Notes under the pieces: model-generated
Told to the model about the DNA's origin: nothing
The model's database searches: none
The model's input: the letters and a program-made list of their open reading frames with translations, nothing else
Position numbers and translations under genes: made by a program
Part shown: positions 38,695-52,570 of the stretch, one piece after another
Layout of the letters: every line of letters starts with the position of its first letter
Position numbering within the stretch: position 1 is the stretch's first letter
DNA from: Octopus bimaculoides
Lineage: Eukaryota
NCBI RefSeq assembly: GCF_001194135.2
Contig: NC_069000.1
Span: forward strand, 14,907,281 to 14,971,121
Length of the DNA: 63,841 nt
Direction of reading: 5' to 3'

Positions 38695-38975
38695 TTGTCT
38701 ATCTACTTACCCACCCACCCTCTTTCTCTCTTTCTCTGCTTTTGTTCTTGTTACTGGTTACTGTCATAAGCCTATGGCTACGCCAGGGAGTCACCCTAAT
38801 CCCCTTTTTGAATATAGTTGGTTTCTTGTCTTTTTATCTTTTACATGTTTCAGTCATTAGACTATGACCATGCTGGGGCACCACCTTGAAAAATTTTAGT
38901 TGAATGAATCAATCCCAGGACTTGCTTTTTTTCTTAAGCCTTGTACTTACTCTGTCAATACCAATTGTCAATCAG

Positions 38976-40031
38976 ATGGACACATAAGAGGTGCAGCAAC
39001 ATCAAAGGCAGGTTAACTAGCAAGTTAGTTTTTGTTTGTGGCAGATGTTCAGGTGCAATAAAGACTGCAAACAAACAGGAAACAACTTCTATCTCATTCC
39101 AGGGTGAAAAACTAGAGGTAGTCGATAGCTTCCGCTATCTGGGCGACCAAGTTAGTAGTGGGGGTGGGTGCGCTGAAAGTGTAGCTGCTAGAATAAGAAT
39201 AGCCTGGGCAAAGTTTAGAGAGCTCTTACCCCTGCTGGCGACAAAGGGACTCTCACTCAGNNNNNNNNNNNNNNNNNNNNNNNNNNNNNNNNNNNNNNNN
39301 NNNNNNNNNNNNNNNNNNNNNNNNNNNNNNNNNNNNNNNNNNNNNNNNNNNNNNNNNNNNNNNNNNNNNNNNNNNNNNNNNNNNNNNNNNNNNNNNNNNN
39401 NNNNNNNNNNNNNNNNNNNNNNNNNNNNNNNNNNNNNNNNNNNNNNNNNNNNNNNNNNNNNNNNNNNNNNNNNNNNNNNNNNNNNNNNNNNNNNNNNNNN
39501 NNNNNNNNNNNNNNNNNNNNNNNNNNNNNNNNNNNNNNNNNNNNNNNNNNNNNNNNNNNNNNNNNNNNNNNNNNNNNNNNNNNNNNNNNNNNNNNNNNNN
39601 NNNNNNNNNNNNNNNNNNNNNNNNNNNNNNNNNNNNNNNNNNNNNNNNNNNNNNNNNNNNNNNNNNNNNNNNNNNNNNNNNNNNNNNNNNNNNNNNNNNN
39701 NNNNNNNNNNNNNNNNNNNNNNNNNNNNNNNNNNNNNNNNNNNNNNNNNNNNNNNNNNNNNNNNNNNNNNNNNNNNNNNNNNNNNNNNNNNGGCACATAA
39801 AAGACACCATTTCGAGCGTGGCCGTTTTCGTGCGGGTGACACGTAAAAGCACCCACTACACTCTCTGAGTGGTTGGCGTTAGGAAGGGCATCCAGCTGTA
39901 GAAACTCTGCCAAATCAGACTGGAGCCTGGTGTTGCCATCCGGTTTCACCAGTCCTCAGTCAAATCGTCCAACCCATGCTAGCATGGAAAGCGGACGTTA
40001 AACGATGATGATGATGATGATGATGATGATG
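38976..40031 (+). mobile_element. Young 5'-truncated RTE-clade LINE spanning a gap, inserted in a family-A SINE
   Basis: Uninterrupted frame HKRCSNIKGRLTSKLVFVCGRC..KLEVVDSFRYLGDQVSSGGGCAESVAARIRIAWAKFRELLPLL, typical of the RTE ORF at the end of the RT domain. 3'UTR ends ggacgttaaac(gat)n. SINE halves lie at ~38843-38970 and ~40032-40160. Confidence 0.9.
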
Positions 40032-42724
40032 TGGGACAAACACATACACACACACACAGCAGACTTCTTTCAGTTTCTGTCTACCGCATCTACTCACAAG
40101 GCTTTGGTTGCTTGAGGCTATAGGAGAAGGCACTTACCCAAGGTGCCACACTGTAGGACTGACCGATGCCTGACCCAAGTATTTATTTTTATTTTGGAAA
40201 AAGGTAAAGCAAAGTGGATCTGCGTGGGATTTGAAATCAGAATATAGAATGCTGTCACCAAATACCAAGTGTTTTTGATGATAGCTTTTGGTTGATCAAA
40301 GCCTTGTGAGTGGATTTGGTAGACAGACCCTGTAAGTACCCTGTCGTATTTGTAGATGTCTGTGTGTATCCTTGCCTTGATGTCATGGTTGTTTTTGAGC
40401 ATTGTTGTCATATAAATGATGTTATTATTTCAAGTCTTCTGTGGAAAAACATGGCCAGACAGGATCAACATGACGTAGCATGTGATAAAGCTGTGTTTTT
40501 GAATTACTGGTACAATCTATCTGACAGGCTTGTGTACAGTTTTCTTCTACCCAATCACTGTCACGAGGTGTGGGTTGAGTTGAGGTTAAAGAACATCACA
40601 TTTGGTCAAGGTACCACTGCAGGCTTATGGGTACTGGTGCCATGTAAAAGCACTGTGCTGGTTCCACATTAAAAGTGCCCGTGCTGGTGCCACATAAAAA
40701 TCATCCCGTACACTCTGTAAAGTAGTTGGCATTAGGAAGAACATCCAGTCATGGAAACCATGCCAAAACAAACAAAATGAAACCCAGGCAGCTCTCTAGC
40801 TGGCCAGTTCCTGTCAAACTGTCCAACCCATGCTAGCATAAAAAAAAACAAATATTAAATGATGATCGTGATGATAATAACCATTGCATGGCATCAGACC
40901 CAGGACCTTGTGACTGCAAAGCAAACTCCTTAACCATTCTGACATCTCCCTTCTTCTCCACACACATACACACATACTCTTTAAAGTACACATTTTTTTT
41001 GTAGAAAAAAAAAAGAGAATTTATGTCCAAAGCTGAGTTTGTCTTCAGAGATGCCTGCATTACTGTCAGGTAATAAATAAATATAAATACTTAAATCACA
41101 TTTAATTTGAGGTGCTTTAACAATCTGCTAAAAGGGTTCACAGCTTAATGAATCATGTAATATGATATATTGCAGACTTCTTGGAGCAAGATTACCATGC
41201 TGGTTTTTTTCTATCTTTCTCTTTTATTTTCTACCTTTACAGTTTTGTCTTTCTTCTTTGCTTATTTGTCCATTTTTCTTTCCTTTCTTTACATATATTT
41301 TTCTTTTTTTTATCTCTTTCCTTTCTAGTTTTCTATTTTTTATTTTCTTTTTCTTTCTTTCATTCATTTTTTTTTGTTTTTCTTTCATCGTTCATTTTTT
41401 TTTTATTCTTCTTTTCTATACTCCTTTTTTCCCCCCTTTTTCATTATTTTTCTTGTTTATCACCTATGGAAAAGTTTCTTACCTTTGTGTTATTCCTGTC
41501 ATCTAATTGCTTCTCTTTTTTTTTCACTTTATCTTCTGCTTGACTTTTTCTCTTCTTCTTCATCGGTTCCACAAATTTAATTAGATATCATACAAGATCT
41601 GCATTTGAATTAAATGATTGTATTTCAAGTTCAATAATTTGAGGACAAGATTAGTTTTCAAAGAGGAGAAAAAAAAAAGAATTACTATTGTTAGGTTTTT
41701 AGCCCCAGGTCAACCATAATCGAGCAAACTTTTAATGAAAGTCACTGAAGCCATAACCATGCATCCAGAATTACATTATTCAACATCTTTCTGTCTATAT
41801 TATATGTTTGATTTGAGGGAGATTTGGTTGCTATTTCTTGTATGCTGAGCGACCACATTGTCTAATATCTTTCCATTTGTTTAAAGACTATGGTATAGTT
41901 TGAAGGAGATTTGGGTGTTATTTCTAGTATATTGAGTGTTCAGTCCAGCCTAGTCCAATACAAAGAGAAACAGAGAAGGGAAAGAGAAAGAAGATCCCAA
42001 TATTGGACTGGTAAATTTATCAGCTCCTAGTCACCACACCAAAAACAAAAGCAAAAAAAAAAAACCCAAAAGGGAAAAAAAACTGCCCTCAGTGGGATTT
42101 GAACTCACAGTGTAGAGAGAGGAATTGAATACTGCATGATGTTTTATCCCCTGATTTATGGTGAAAGGCATAGTTTATCTCATCCAATAAGAACTTCACT
42201 TTGTAATTTTCATTTGTTTTTGCTAAAGTCTAAAGACAGTAAGGTGTGATTTGAGAAAGATTTGGCTGCTATCTTTAGCAGGTTGAGCGACTGTTGAGAA
42301 GCATTGTCTTTAGATGTTACATAAAAATGATTGAGTGGTCATGTAGAAGCTGCTTATTTATTACTGCGTAGAGAAAATAAATTTAACTCTTGTTGATGGA
42401 AGGACTATGAAGATAAATCTTATCTGCAGTGGAACTGATGATGGCATAATAATCTCATCCACCATTTAAATTATTTGAAAATATTACGGTTTATTATTAT
42501 CTTCATCATTATTATTATCATTGTTGTTGTTGGCAGAATTGTTGGTGTGTTTGACAAAATACTTAGTGGTATTTCATGTGGACCTTTATGTTCAGTCTTC
42601 AAATCCTGTCAAGGTTGACTTAGACTTCCTCCCTCCCAGAGACAATAAAATAAGTATTAGTTGAGCACTTGAGTTCATGTAATTGACTGGCCCCCTCCCC
42701 CAAAATTTCAGGCTTTGTGCCTAT

Positions 42725-42734
42725 AGTAGAAAGG

Positions 42735-42791
<57 letters not shown>

Positions 42792-43045
42792 GAAGGTGAC
42801 AAGCTGGCAAAATTGTTAGTACACCAAGCAAAATACTTAGCGGCATTTCGCCTGCCGCTACATTCTGAGTTCAAATTCTTCAACAAAACAAGAGTTAAAA
42901 AGAGCAACAATAATAATAATAATAATAATAATGATAATAATAGTAATAGTAATAGTAATAATAATAGTAATAGTAATAATAATAGTAATAGTAATAGTAA
43001 TAATAATAATAGTAATAGTAATAATAATAATAATAATAATAATGC
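42725..43045. repeat. (ATT)n and (AAT/AGT)n tracts between SINE B copies
   Basis: Direct inspection. Confidence 0.95.
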
Positions 43046-43838
43046 TTATTTTAGGCACAAGGCCAGCAGTTTTGAGGGTGAAGAAGTTGATTACATTGGC
43101 CCTAGTCTTCATCCAGTACTTATTTTCTTGACCCTGAAAGGCTGTAAAGTAAAGTTGTTCTTGGTGGTGTTTGAACTCAGGACATAAAGACATGCGAAAT
43201 GCTGCTAAGCATTTTGTTGTGTGTGCTAAGGATTCTACCAGCTCGTTTATTATTTCAGGAATCTTTTATGTGTTTTTCTTTACACAGTTGAATTCAATTC
43301 TGTGTGTCTTGGTTATGTGCAGTGGTGCCTTGGATATGTGTGGTACCGTCTTGCATTGTATATGGGTAGTATTGTTGTGGGTAGGGTAGAGATGCCCTAC
43401 TTTGGTATGGTGCTAAAACAATTTTGGGTAGATAATATCTTGGAAGATAGAGAGAGAGAGAAAGAAAGAGAGAGAGAGAGAAGAATTATGGTATTACTTT
43501 TGCAATTCCAAACCAATCTGGAAACTATTTCATAAGTTAAGAAACGCTGACTTTGTTTATGAATAGTTTAGGTTTTTGGAATGGTATCATATTTGATAGA
43601 GAATTTCACTTGCGGTTGGCAATTGGTGAAACCAATTCTTGAAGATTTCCATTTATAAAAAGCGTGTTTGTGTGTATTTATACAGGCTCACACATATGTA
43701 TGTCGATGCAAAATACACACACACACATGCACACACATTTATCTGTAATTTGTTTTTTTATGTTTGCATGTATGCATTACATATGAGTTCGTTCTCAGTA
43801 TTTATGTATGAGGACCACATATATCAATGTATGTATTT

Positions 43839-43895
<57 letters not shown>

Positions 43896-44231
43896 CTTTC
43901 GCTCTCTCTCTCTCATACACATTAACTTTTTAGCCGATCATATCCAGCCCAAATATCCTCCATGTTTTATGTTCAAACTGGCCAGATCCAGCCTCTCACA
44001 CCTACTCAACAACACCATTTCTAAAAACAAACAATCACATCATCAAAGCCTCAAAGCTACATGAGATAATGCATGATTAATTCAAGCCAATGTGAATAAA
44101 TAAACATTACATTCGCTAGAATGATCTGAACACTAAAGGGTTATGTTCTGGCTTTGGTTTTGCTAAGTTCCTGGGGAGTAAATACTCAAGCTATTCTCCA
44201 AATTTCTATTTAGCCACTCAAATAGAGAGTC

Positions 44232-44412
44232 AAGACTATTGAAAAGGTTGCAAGACACAACGAAAATTTTAGGAAAATAAAAATAAGGAATAAGTGGAAA
44301 TTTTACTGGTGTGTGCGTGTTGAATTATAAGGCACAGAAAGAAAATGACTCTCCAGACACTCAAATAGAAATAGCATTGAAAAAATAATATTATATAACC
44401 ATACTCTTTGAA
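44232..44412 (+). mobile_element. Copy of the same dispersed repeat as 23511-23703
   Basis: gactattgaaaaggttgcaagacacaacgaaaattttaggaaaataaaaataagg is shared in opposite orientation. Confidence 0.55.
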
Positions 44413-46039
44413 TAACAAGGCCATAATTAAAGTAGTTATTTGCTATATACTTGTAAAATATAATAATTACTGTTATTATCAAATAACTGTTAGCACATGT
44501 AGGACAAATCCAGTCGTTGACTTAGTTTCTTGTGAAGGTAGCTCCAGGCAGTTTTTTTCCTCGGATGGCTGTCAAAATAGGTTATATAATAGCTGCACTT
44601 AAAAGAGTAGTATCGTGTTGTATAGTATGGCACCCCCATCTGTGGAAGTCACCTCTTCTGTCTGTAGACTGGGGTATTTCATCCGTGTTTATGTTTTGAG
44701 TTCAAGTCCCGCTGAGGTCGACTTTCATTGTCGTTAAAATAAGTAACGGTTGAGCACAGGGGTCAATGTTATCACCTTACTCCCCTCTTCTGAAATTTCT
44801 GGTCTTGTGCCAAAATTTTAAAACATTGTTATTATTGGCTATTGAAAAGTTTCAGTTCCTATTGAAGCAACAGTAAGTTTGGACAAAACATCTAATATTG
44901 ATCATAGCTACTATTTGGCATCTCCTTGTGTAGGAGTAAACTGCAAGATTTGTATATACCTGCTGTACCACACCCATCATTCATTTAGCTGGCTGAGTTA
45001 TTTTGCCATTTGTCTCTTTCTTAACTGAAAAGCGGAAAGAAAAGAAGACGAACAAAGAGAATGTGGGTTGTGTCAGTCACATATAAAGAGTACTGCTTTC
45101 TTTTCTGATGTTTGTTCTCTTGACTCCCATAAACATATGTGTGTTTTTTTTCCTTTTTTATTGTGTATATATCTGTCTTACTCTGTCACTGTAAATTTCT
45201 TGCCCTCATTCTTGATCACTCTCTCTCTCTCTCTCTCTCTCCCCTTCATTTGCCCTTCCCTCTGGCTAGCTAACCAAGTCTCTTTTACAGCAGCACATCT
45301 TTTCTGTCCACTTTCTTGTTACCCCTCCCCCTCATCTCTCTTTCTCAGCCAGGTAACCATGTACTTCCTCTATAGCAAGACACCCGTTTCTACCTCTCTG
45401 TCTCTTTGTCACATCCTAATCTTTCATCATCTGACACAAAATCACTTCCTCCAATGCCCCCTCTCCTTTCAAAATTCCTTATCTTGCAAGTTACTTGGTA
45501 ACCCTGCCAATGCTGGTGCCATGTAAAAAGCATGCAGTCTACATTGTGAAGTGGCTGGCATTTGGAAGGACATCCAGCTGTAAAAACCATGCCAAAACTG
45601 ACCTCACCTGTGCTGGTGCCACATAAAAAGCACTGTGTCCACTCTACAGGGTGGTTGGTGTTAGGAAGGACAGCTAGCCATAAAAATTGTGCCAAAACAG
45701 ACACAGTAGCCTAGTGTAGTCTCCTACCGAGCCAGCTCCTGTCAAATCGTTCAACCCATATCAGCCTGGAAGGTGGACGTTAAATGATGATGATGATGAT
45801 ATGTATATATGGCACTCTGTCAGTTAGAATGATGAGAGTTCTATTTGATCTGATCAGTGAAACAGCCTAATTAATGTGCAAGTGCTTTTTGACCATCGGT
45901 GGTTGAATGGTGGCAAGAATTAAGAATTTCTGGGTATTTAATGAATAGATAATAACTCCCCACCCCCACCAGAAAGAATGAAAGTGAAAATTAAAAGCCA
46001 TTAGCTTAGGTAATCTTTTTTTTTAAGGAAAAATAGACA

Positions 46040-46139
46040 GGTGTGTGTGTGTGTGTGTGTGTGTAAATATGTATATATATCTGTGTGTCTGTATGTGTGT
46101 ATGTATGTGTATATATATGTATGTGTATATATATGTATG

Positions 46140-46176
<37 letters not shown>

Positions 46177-46209
46177 GTATGTATATATGTATATATATAT
46201 GTATGTATG

Positions 46210-46248
<39 letters not shown>

Positions 46249-46645
46249 ATATGTATGTATATATATATGTATATATATATGTGTGTATATATATATATGT
46301 ATATATGTATATACATATGTATATATGTATATACATATATGTATGTGTATATGTATATATATTTGTGCATGTATATATGCATATATGTCTGTGTGCACGT
46401 ACTTGTATGTGTGTATATATATATATATGCATGTTATGTATGTATGTATGTGTGTGTGTATGTATATGTATATATATATACATGTATGTATATGTATGTA
46501 TGTGTGTGTGTATGTATATGTATATATATATATATATATACATGTATGTATTTATATGTATATGTTTGTGTGTATATATATATGTACATGTATATGTTTA
46601 TATGTAAATGCATGTGTGTGTGTGTATATATATATATAGATATAT

Positions 46646-46734
<89 letters not shown>

Positions 46735-46760
46735 GAGCGAGGGAGACACACACACACATA
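46040..46760. repeat. Compound (TG)/(TA)/(TATG)/(GA) microsatellite
   Basis: Direct inspection. Confidence 0.97.
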
Positions 46761-47327
46761 CTAGACAAAAATAATCTGTAAGAAATTCTTTTTCCTCAGA
46801 AATATCTCTAGAAATGTTCAGTATTTATTGTCTGCTGAGAATAATGGAAGGACACACCCACACACACACACACAGTTTATATATATGCACACTCACACAC
46901 AGTCGACTTAGACAAGAATGACGATAGTGGTCATAATAATAATAATAATAATAATAATAATTGTAATAATAATAATAAAAGAGTATTCTTTTGAATTATA
47001 AATGATGATGACGTAATAATGAGTGTCTATGTGTGTATGTACGGACATAACATGACTGAATAGTTTAGAAGTTGTCTTTGCAGTCACAGGATCTCAAGTT
47101 CAATCTTACTCTGTGCTATCTTAAGCAAGTGTCTTTTGTCATGAGTTTGGATTCAAACCTTCTTGAGTAAAACTGGACGAGCAGAAACTGTGATGTCATG
47201 GGTGGATTGTATGTGTGTATAACAAGATCCAGCTTGTCACACTCATTTGGACCTCAAGTGACCAATGTCTGGTTTGTGAATTTGGCAGATGGAAACTGTG
47301 TGGAAGCCCATTGTGTATGTATGTATA

Positions 47328-47363
<36 letters not shown>

Positions 47364-48174
47364 TCTGTAACCACTTGACAATCACTGTTGTGTTGTTTAT
47401 ATCCCTGTAACTTGGCAGTTTGGCAAAAAGAGATTGATAGAATAACTATTTAAGATTAGTATTGGGGACAATTTCATTGACTAAACTCTTTCAGGCCATG
47501 CCCCAGAACAACTGCAGTCCAATGAGTAAAAGAATAAAAGAATATATTTTAATTTTTATTCCTGATTTTGTTTTTTTTTTCTGGTTTGGTTAACAAACAC
47601 TCACATTCTTGCCTGAGCTGTACATTACAAGTTACTATTTGCCTTGCCTGCAGAGTGTGTCCCTGGATATTTTTTCATGCAGTATTCATTACAGTTCTCT
47701 GCACTCTCTTGCCAGGGTCAGCATTGCTTTTCATCCTTTTGAGATTAATTGGTAAAATACTATTCCAGTAGTTGGTTAAGCCCCTCCATTCCCTATGGGG
47801 TAAAATGGGTAAAAACCCCCATTCGATCATGAATGACCGTGGGATTGCACCTAGAAAGTTCCCCTCTGAGATACAACTCCAGGCAAGGTTGTTTATTGAA
47901 GACCAACAGTTGCCCATGCATACCAACCTCCTCTCTCCATACCACCAATGTTATCTAAAGGAAAGGCAAAGGCCAATACAGCTTGACACCATTGACATCG
48001 CAACTCATTTCAACAGCTAAGTGAACTGGAGAAGTGTGAAATATAGTGTGTTGGTCAAGAACACATATGGCTCAGCCCGGTCAGGGAATCAAATTCATTA
48101 TCTCATGATTGTGAGTTCAATGCTATGGAGTATAAGCTATCAGTTACTTTCCTCCATTCTCAATTCTGAATTGT

Positions 48175-48605
48175 CTTCCATGCTTCTCTTCAGTTGGACC
48201 TTTGCTTTTTCAGCTTTGGCTCAGTATCCTACCTCCAGTTATCTTCTGGATGTCCTGTCTTCTGCCTCCCTTGTGGGTTCTAGGTCAGGGCCTGACGTGT
48301 AATAGAGGATGTTGGTTTCTTTTTGGACTTTGCTGTAGTATGTCCTATATTTTCCCGAGGGAAGGCCTTCCTCTTCCAGGTCTTGTTGGCTTTGAATTGT
48401 CATTGATGCCTCTATAACTTTGCCTTTTTCTAGGTGTGGATGTTGGCTCTATGCAAACCCATTTTTTTTTACCTCTGAGAGAAGGTGGTCCATATTAGCC
48501 TGGCCCCTATCCTTTGACCTGTCCAGCATTGGATGCCCTACTAAGAGCTGGTGTCTTGCTGGTATAGCTCTGTGTCACTGAGGCACACAAACCACACCAC
48601 AAGTC
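48175..48605 (-). mobile_element. RTE derivative: 5'UTR-like segment joined to the ORF C-terminus
   Basis: 48180-48350 reads IGHT..KKPTSSITRQALT*NPQGRQKTGHPEDNWR*DTE (RTE 'WIGHTLRK..ITRQALTWNPQG'). 48497-48600 matches the RTE-5'UTR-like piece at 18340-18445. Confidence 0.65.
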
Positions 48606-49329
48606 ATTACACAGTATCATGAACTTGACCTTGTGGTGGAACCTAGTACTGGAGGGATTGATTTTACTCTCTGTCACTTTATTTCTCTCTGGGTTGTACC
48701 TGTAATTCCAAGTTTCAACCTTGTTACATTGTGTTACATTGATTCAGTCTGAAAACTGTGTTAAGAGTACAAGTGTCTGGGAAACCAGCTCAAGTGCTGA
48801 CAGGTTAATTCCATGAATAGGAATTCAGTTGGTTGTACAACTGAAAGCTTATCATTAAACTTTTCGCATTCAGATCACTCTGTCAAATGTAATGCGTATT
48901 CATTCACATTGTTTTGGATTTATCATGTATTAACACATTGCTGTGAGGTTTTGATGATGGGATCGTTTATTTTTAGAATGTCACTGTAGGTTAGGTGTGA
49001 GAGGCTAGATCTGGCCAGTTTGGATATAAAACTGGTAGAATATTTGAGTCATATGTACTCAGTTTAAATGCTAAAGAGTTGAGATCAACAGAAAATCCCT
49101 CACCTTCACTCATTCCATGTTTATTCACAAAAATCTTTGTATAGATATGAAGTGATTTGAAGAAGATGTGCTTGTAGTAGAAAGGATTATTGACTTTGCC
49201 TTTCATCCTTTCGGGGTTGATTAAATAAGTACCGGTTAATCACTGGAGTCGATGTAATCGACTTAATCCCCTTGTCTGTCCTTGTTTGTCCCCTCTCTGT
49301 TTAGCCCCCTGTGGGTAATAAAGAAATAA

Positions 49330-49362
<33 letters not shown>

Positions 49363-49583
49363 GTTGTTGTTAAGGTGGAGAGCTGGCAAAATTATTGGCA
49401 CACAAGACAAAATGCTTGGCAGCGTTTTGCTTGTTTTTACGTACTGAGTTCAAATTCTGACTTTGCTTTTCATCCATTCAGGGTCAATGAAATAAATATC
49501 AGTCAAGTACTAAGGTCAGTGCAATCAAGTACACTGCTCCTCCAAAATATCAGGCCTTGTGCCTGTATTATGAATGATGGTTT

Positions 49584-49752
49584 GAGTGGTTGGCGTTAGG
49601 AAGGGCATCCAGCTGTAAAAACTCTGCCAAATTTAGATTGGAGCCTGGTGTTGCCATCCGGTTTCACCAGTCCTCAGTCAAGTCGTCCAACCCATGCTAG
49701 CATGGAAAGCGGACGTTAAACGATGATGATAATAATGATGATGATGATGATG
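49584..49752 (+). mobile_element. RTE LINE 3' end with (GAT)n tail
   Basis: Near-identical to the 3'UTR at 39868-40031. Confidence 0.85.
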
Positions 49753-50577
49753 GTGAAGCAGTGAACTAGCAGAATCGTTATCACACCAGACACGGCTTTA
49801 CATTCTGAGTTCAAATTCTGCTGAGGTTGCTTTTGTCTTTCATCGTTTCAGGGTTGATAAAATAAGGATCAACTTTACCCCAATCCTGAAATTGCTAGCC
49901 TTGTGCCAATGGGACAAGTTGCTTAGTGGCATTTTTTTTTTTTGGCTCTTTATGTTCTGGCATCAAATCCTCTTGAGGGTGACTTAGCTTTCATCCTTTC
50001 ATGATTAATAAAAATAAATACCAGTTGAGCACGGGGGTTGATGTAATCACCTTATTCCCTTCCCTTAAAATTGCTGGCTGTATGCCAAAATTTGAAACCA
50101 TTATTTTTATTATTATTATTATTATTGTTATTATTATTATTATTGTAGGAGTCTCTGTTTATTCACTATAAAGAAAGCCACATAATCTATAACATATAAT
50201 AAGTGAGAAAAATGGAATGAGGTAATTTGAAAGGAAAAGGAAATATTTCATCTGTCACTATTCCATGTGATGGATTTTTCTATTTTTTTTCCCCTTCCTC
50301 TTGTGGTTCTTCGTTCTTTCAGTATTATTGCAATCAGCAGGGGATTCTGGCAGCAAGCACTATCCTATATAATTCCAAATAAGAATGGAATGGAGTGATT
50401 TGCCATTTTTGGAAGAATATCTATCTGTCCATTGTCAACGTTTTGTTGTTTCTCTAACCACACATACACTATGTCTTTCTCTGTCCGCCTGTCTCTCTCT
50501 CTCTCTTTCTCTCTCTCTCTTTCTCTCTCTCTCTTTCTCTCTCTCTCTTTCTCTCTCTCTCTTTCTCTCTCTCTCTT

Positions 50578-50623
<46 letters not shown>

Positions 50624-50969
50624 CCATCTTCATCTTTTACTTTTTAATCTTCCATTTTCCCTTCCTTTTTATTTTTATTTATCTCTCACTTTTTCTGTCT
50701 TTTTCCCTCTTTCTTTTTTTCTCCTTTCCATTCTCTCTCGCTTTCTCTTTCTCTTGTTCACTTACTCTCCTTTTTCCCACCTTCCTCTTTCTTTCTCTTT
50801 CCAACCTCCCACTCCCCTCCTTATGATTCTTCTCTCTTTCTTTCTGTCTTTTCCCTGACCATTCTCTCTCCCTCTCGCCCATAGTTGAAATTTTTCATAT
50901 ATTCACTATCAGAGTTTTATGTTTCTATTAAATTATATCTGTTGACTTCTTAAATCATATGCATGTATG

Positions 50970-51023
<54 letters not shown>

Positions 51024-51275
51024 TTGTGCCAAAGTGACCTGCACAGCTTTTAAGAACCTGTTCATTTATATGTTATGATGTAAATATATCAAATTTGGTT
51101 TTGACACTTTGGATAACCAAAATTTCCTTACACCACCTCTTATTTTATAATGCAAAAATGCCCGATCCTATTGGAATTAAAGCTTTCCACCAGAATTATA
51201 TGTGAGAACTTACTTTTTTTTTTTGTCAAGGTATGCTTCAAACACCGTCTTAGCAATGACAGTTATTTTACTAAC

Positions 51276-51407
51276 CTTCTAAATTCTTCATTACTTTTAA
51301 GATACTGTATTTGCTGGTGTATACGACGCGCTCTCACATAAAATGCATCCTTGTTTAACGAATCCATTTTGTAGAAAAAGACAAATTTAATATGTTTCAT
51401 CATATAC
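51276..51407 (-). CDS. Internal exon of an unidentified multi-exon protein-coding gene
   Basis: Acceptor atatctttcaatag, donor AAG|gttagt, 132 nt, phase 2 to 2. Open frame (R)YMMKHIKFVFFYKMDSLNKDAFYVRARRIHQQIQYLKSNEEFR(R). Retains CpGs (GCGCGTCGT) unlike its flanks and joins in frame to 31444-31368. Confidence 0.65.
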
Positions 51408-52504
51408 CTATTGAAAGATATTTTAAAGTGGTCTTGTAATAAAAACTGAATGATTCTGTGCATACAAATACAATGCTGTGACAGTATACTGGAACAAAGT
51501 ATGAAACCATAAATTTATCATGTATAAGCTACATTATATGAGTGCCATATTTCAACTTCTTTTAGATCAGCTTTATTGTTGTTTATATTTTGGTCTAGGG
51601 AATTGCTATGTTAGATGTTAAGCTCATATTTTTGGCATCAAGGTGCAAACAAACCACTGCTATGGTTTTCTTGCTATCCATTTATTGCAAATAGCTGACA
51701 GGTGGATGAAAATGTAATATTCCTTTCATCTTTCTGATAGAATTTTCATTCAGATAATTAATAAATGTTTCTTAAAGGTAACACAGTCTTTAAATAATGT
51801 AAAACATATCAGGTTTGGGAAAGAGGTCACCACATAACTGCACCATAAGCAATTTTACAAATGTTTGGGATAGCAAATTGTAATACTTTGGATTTGTTTT
51901 CAATATTTTATTGTTAGTAACAATTACTGTGTCTAGCAGGGGGTCATTGAAATTATTGTGCCTAGCTGGGGTTAGTGAAATAAGTACCAGATGTGTACTG
52001 GGGGCTGATGTAATCCATTAGCCTTCTCTCCAAAATGTTAGGCTTTTTGTCTATATTAGAAAGGGTTATTATTATTTCATTTGACTTAAAATTGACCAGG
52101 GCAGTGCCCCAGCATGGCCACAGTCTAACAATAGAAACAACTGCTGAAATCAGGTTGCATCTAATGAGCTCATACATCTTTTATGTCATCAAATTATGGT
52201 AGTTTTTCACATTAAGTATTTAAATGTCCTGTTAATTAAATAACAGAAGGTTTGGCAGGGACAAGGGTGATAGCATTGTTTTGCTGTGCTTGCGGCATCA
52301 GTTTATTTTAATCTAACCCTGCTGATGTTACCTGGCTGAGATCAGGTGCCACACCTATTGTTTATAGTTAAGTGGTTTATGTCAAGAAAGGACATTGATC
52401 TGTAATGAACAAAAACCACAAATTTGTATAAATTTAAAACAAAACAGAAATATGCCCAATCCTTACTTTTGTGGAGAGGTAGGTGTTAAACAAGTCTGTG
52501 TTGC

Positions 52505-52570
<66 letters not shown>

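Noticed and set aside
40310-40672. 120-aa + strand ORF
   Set aside because: Both ends lie in SINE or RTE-tail sequence and the middle has no recognisable motif.
44960-45024. Minus-strand segment with good acceptor and donor
   Set aside because: All three frames contain stops, so it is not a coding exon. A UTR or poison exon cannot be supported from sequence alone.
46001-46757. Long ORFs (up to 202 aa) rich in Y/I/H/T/C/V
   Set aside because: These are translations of (TA)/(CA)/(TG) microsatellites. The same applies to the ORFs at 32759-34273, 54373-54790, 63381-63839 and most others in the track.
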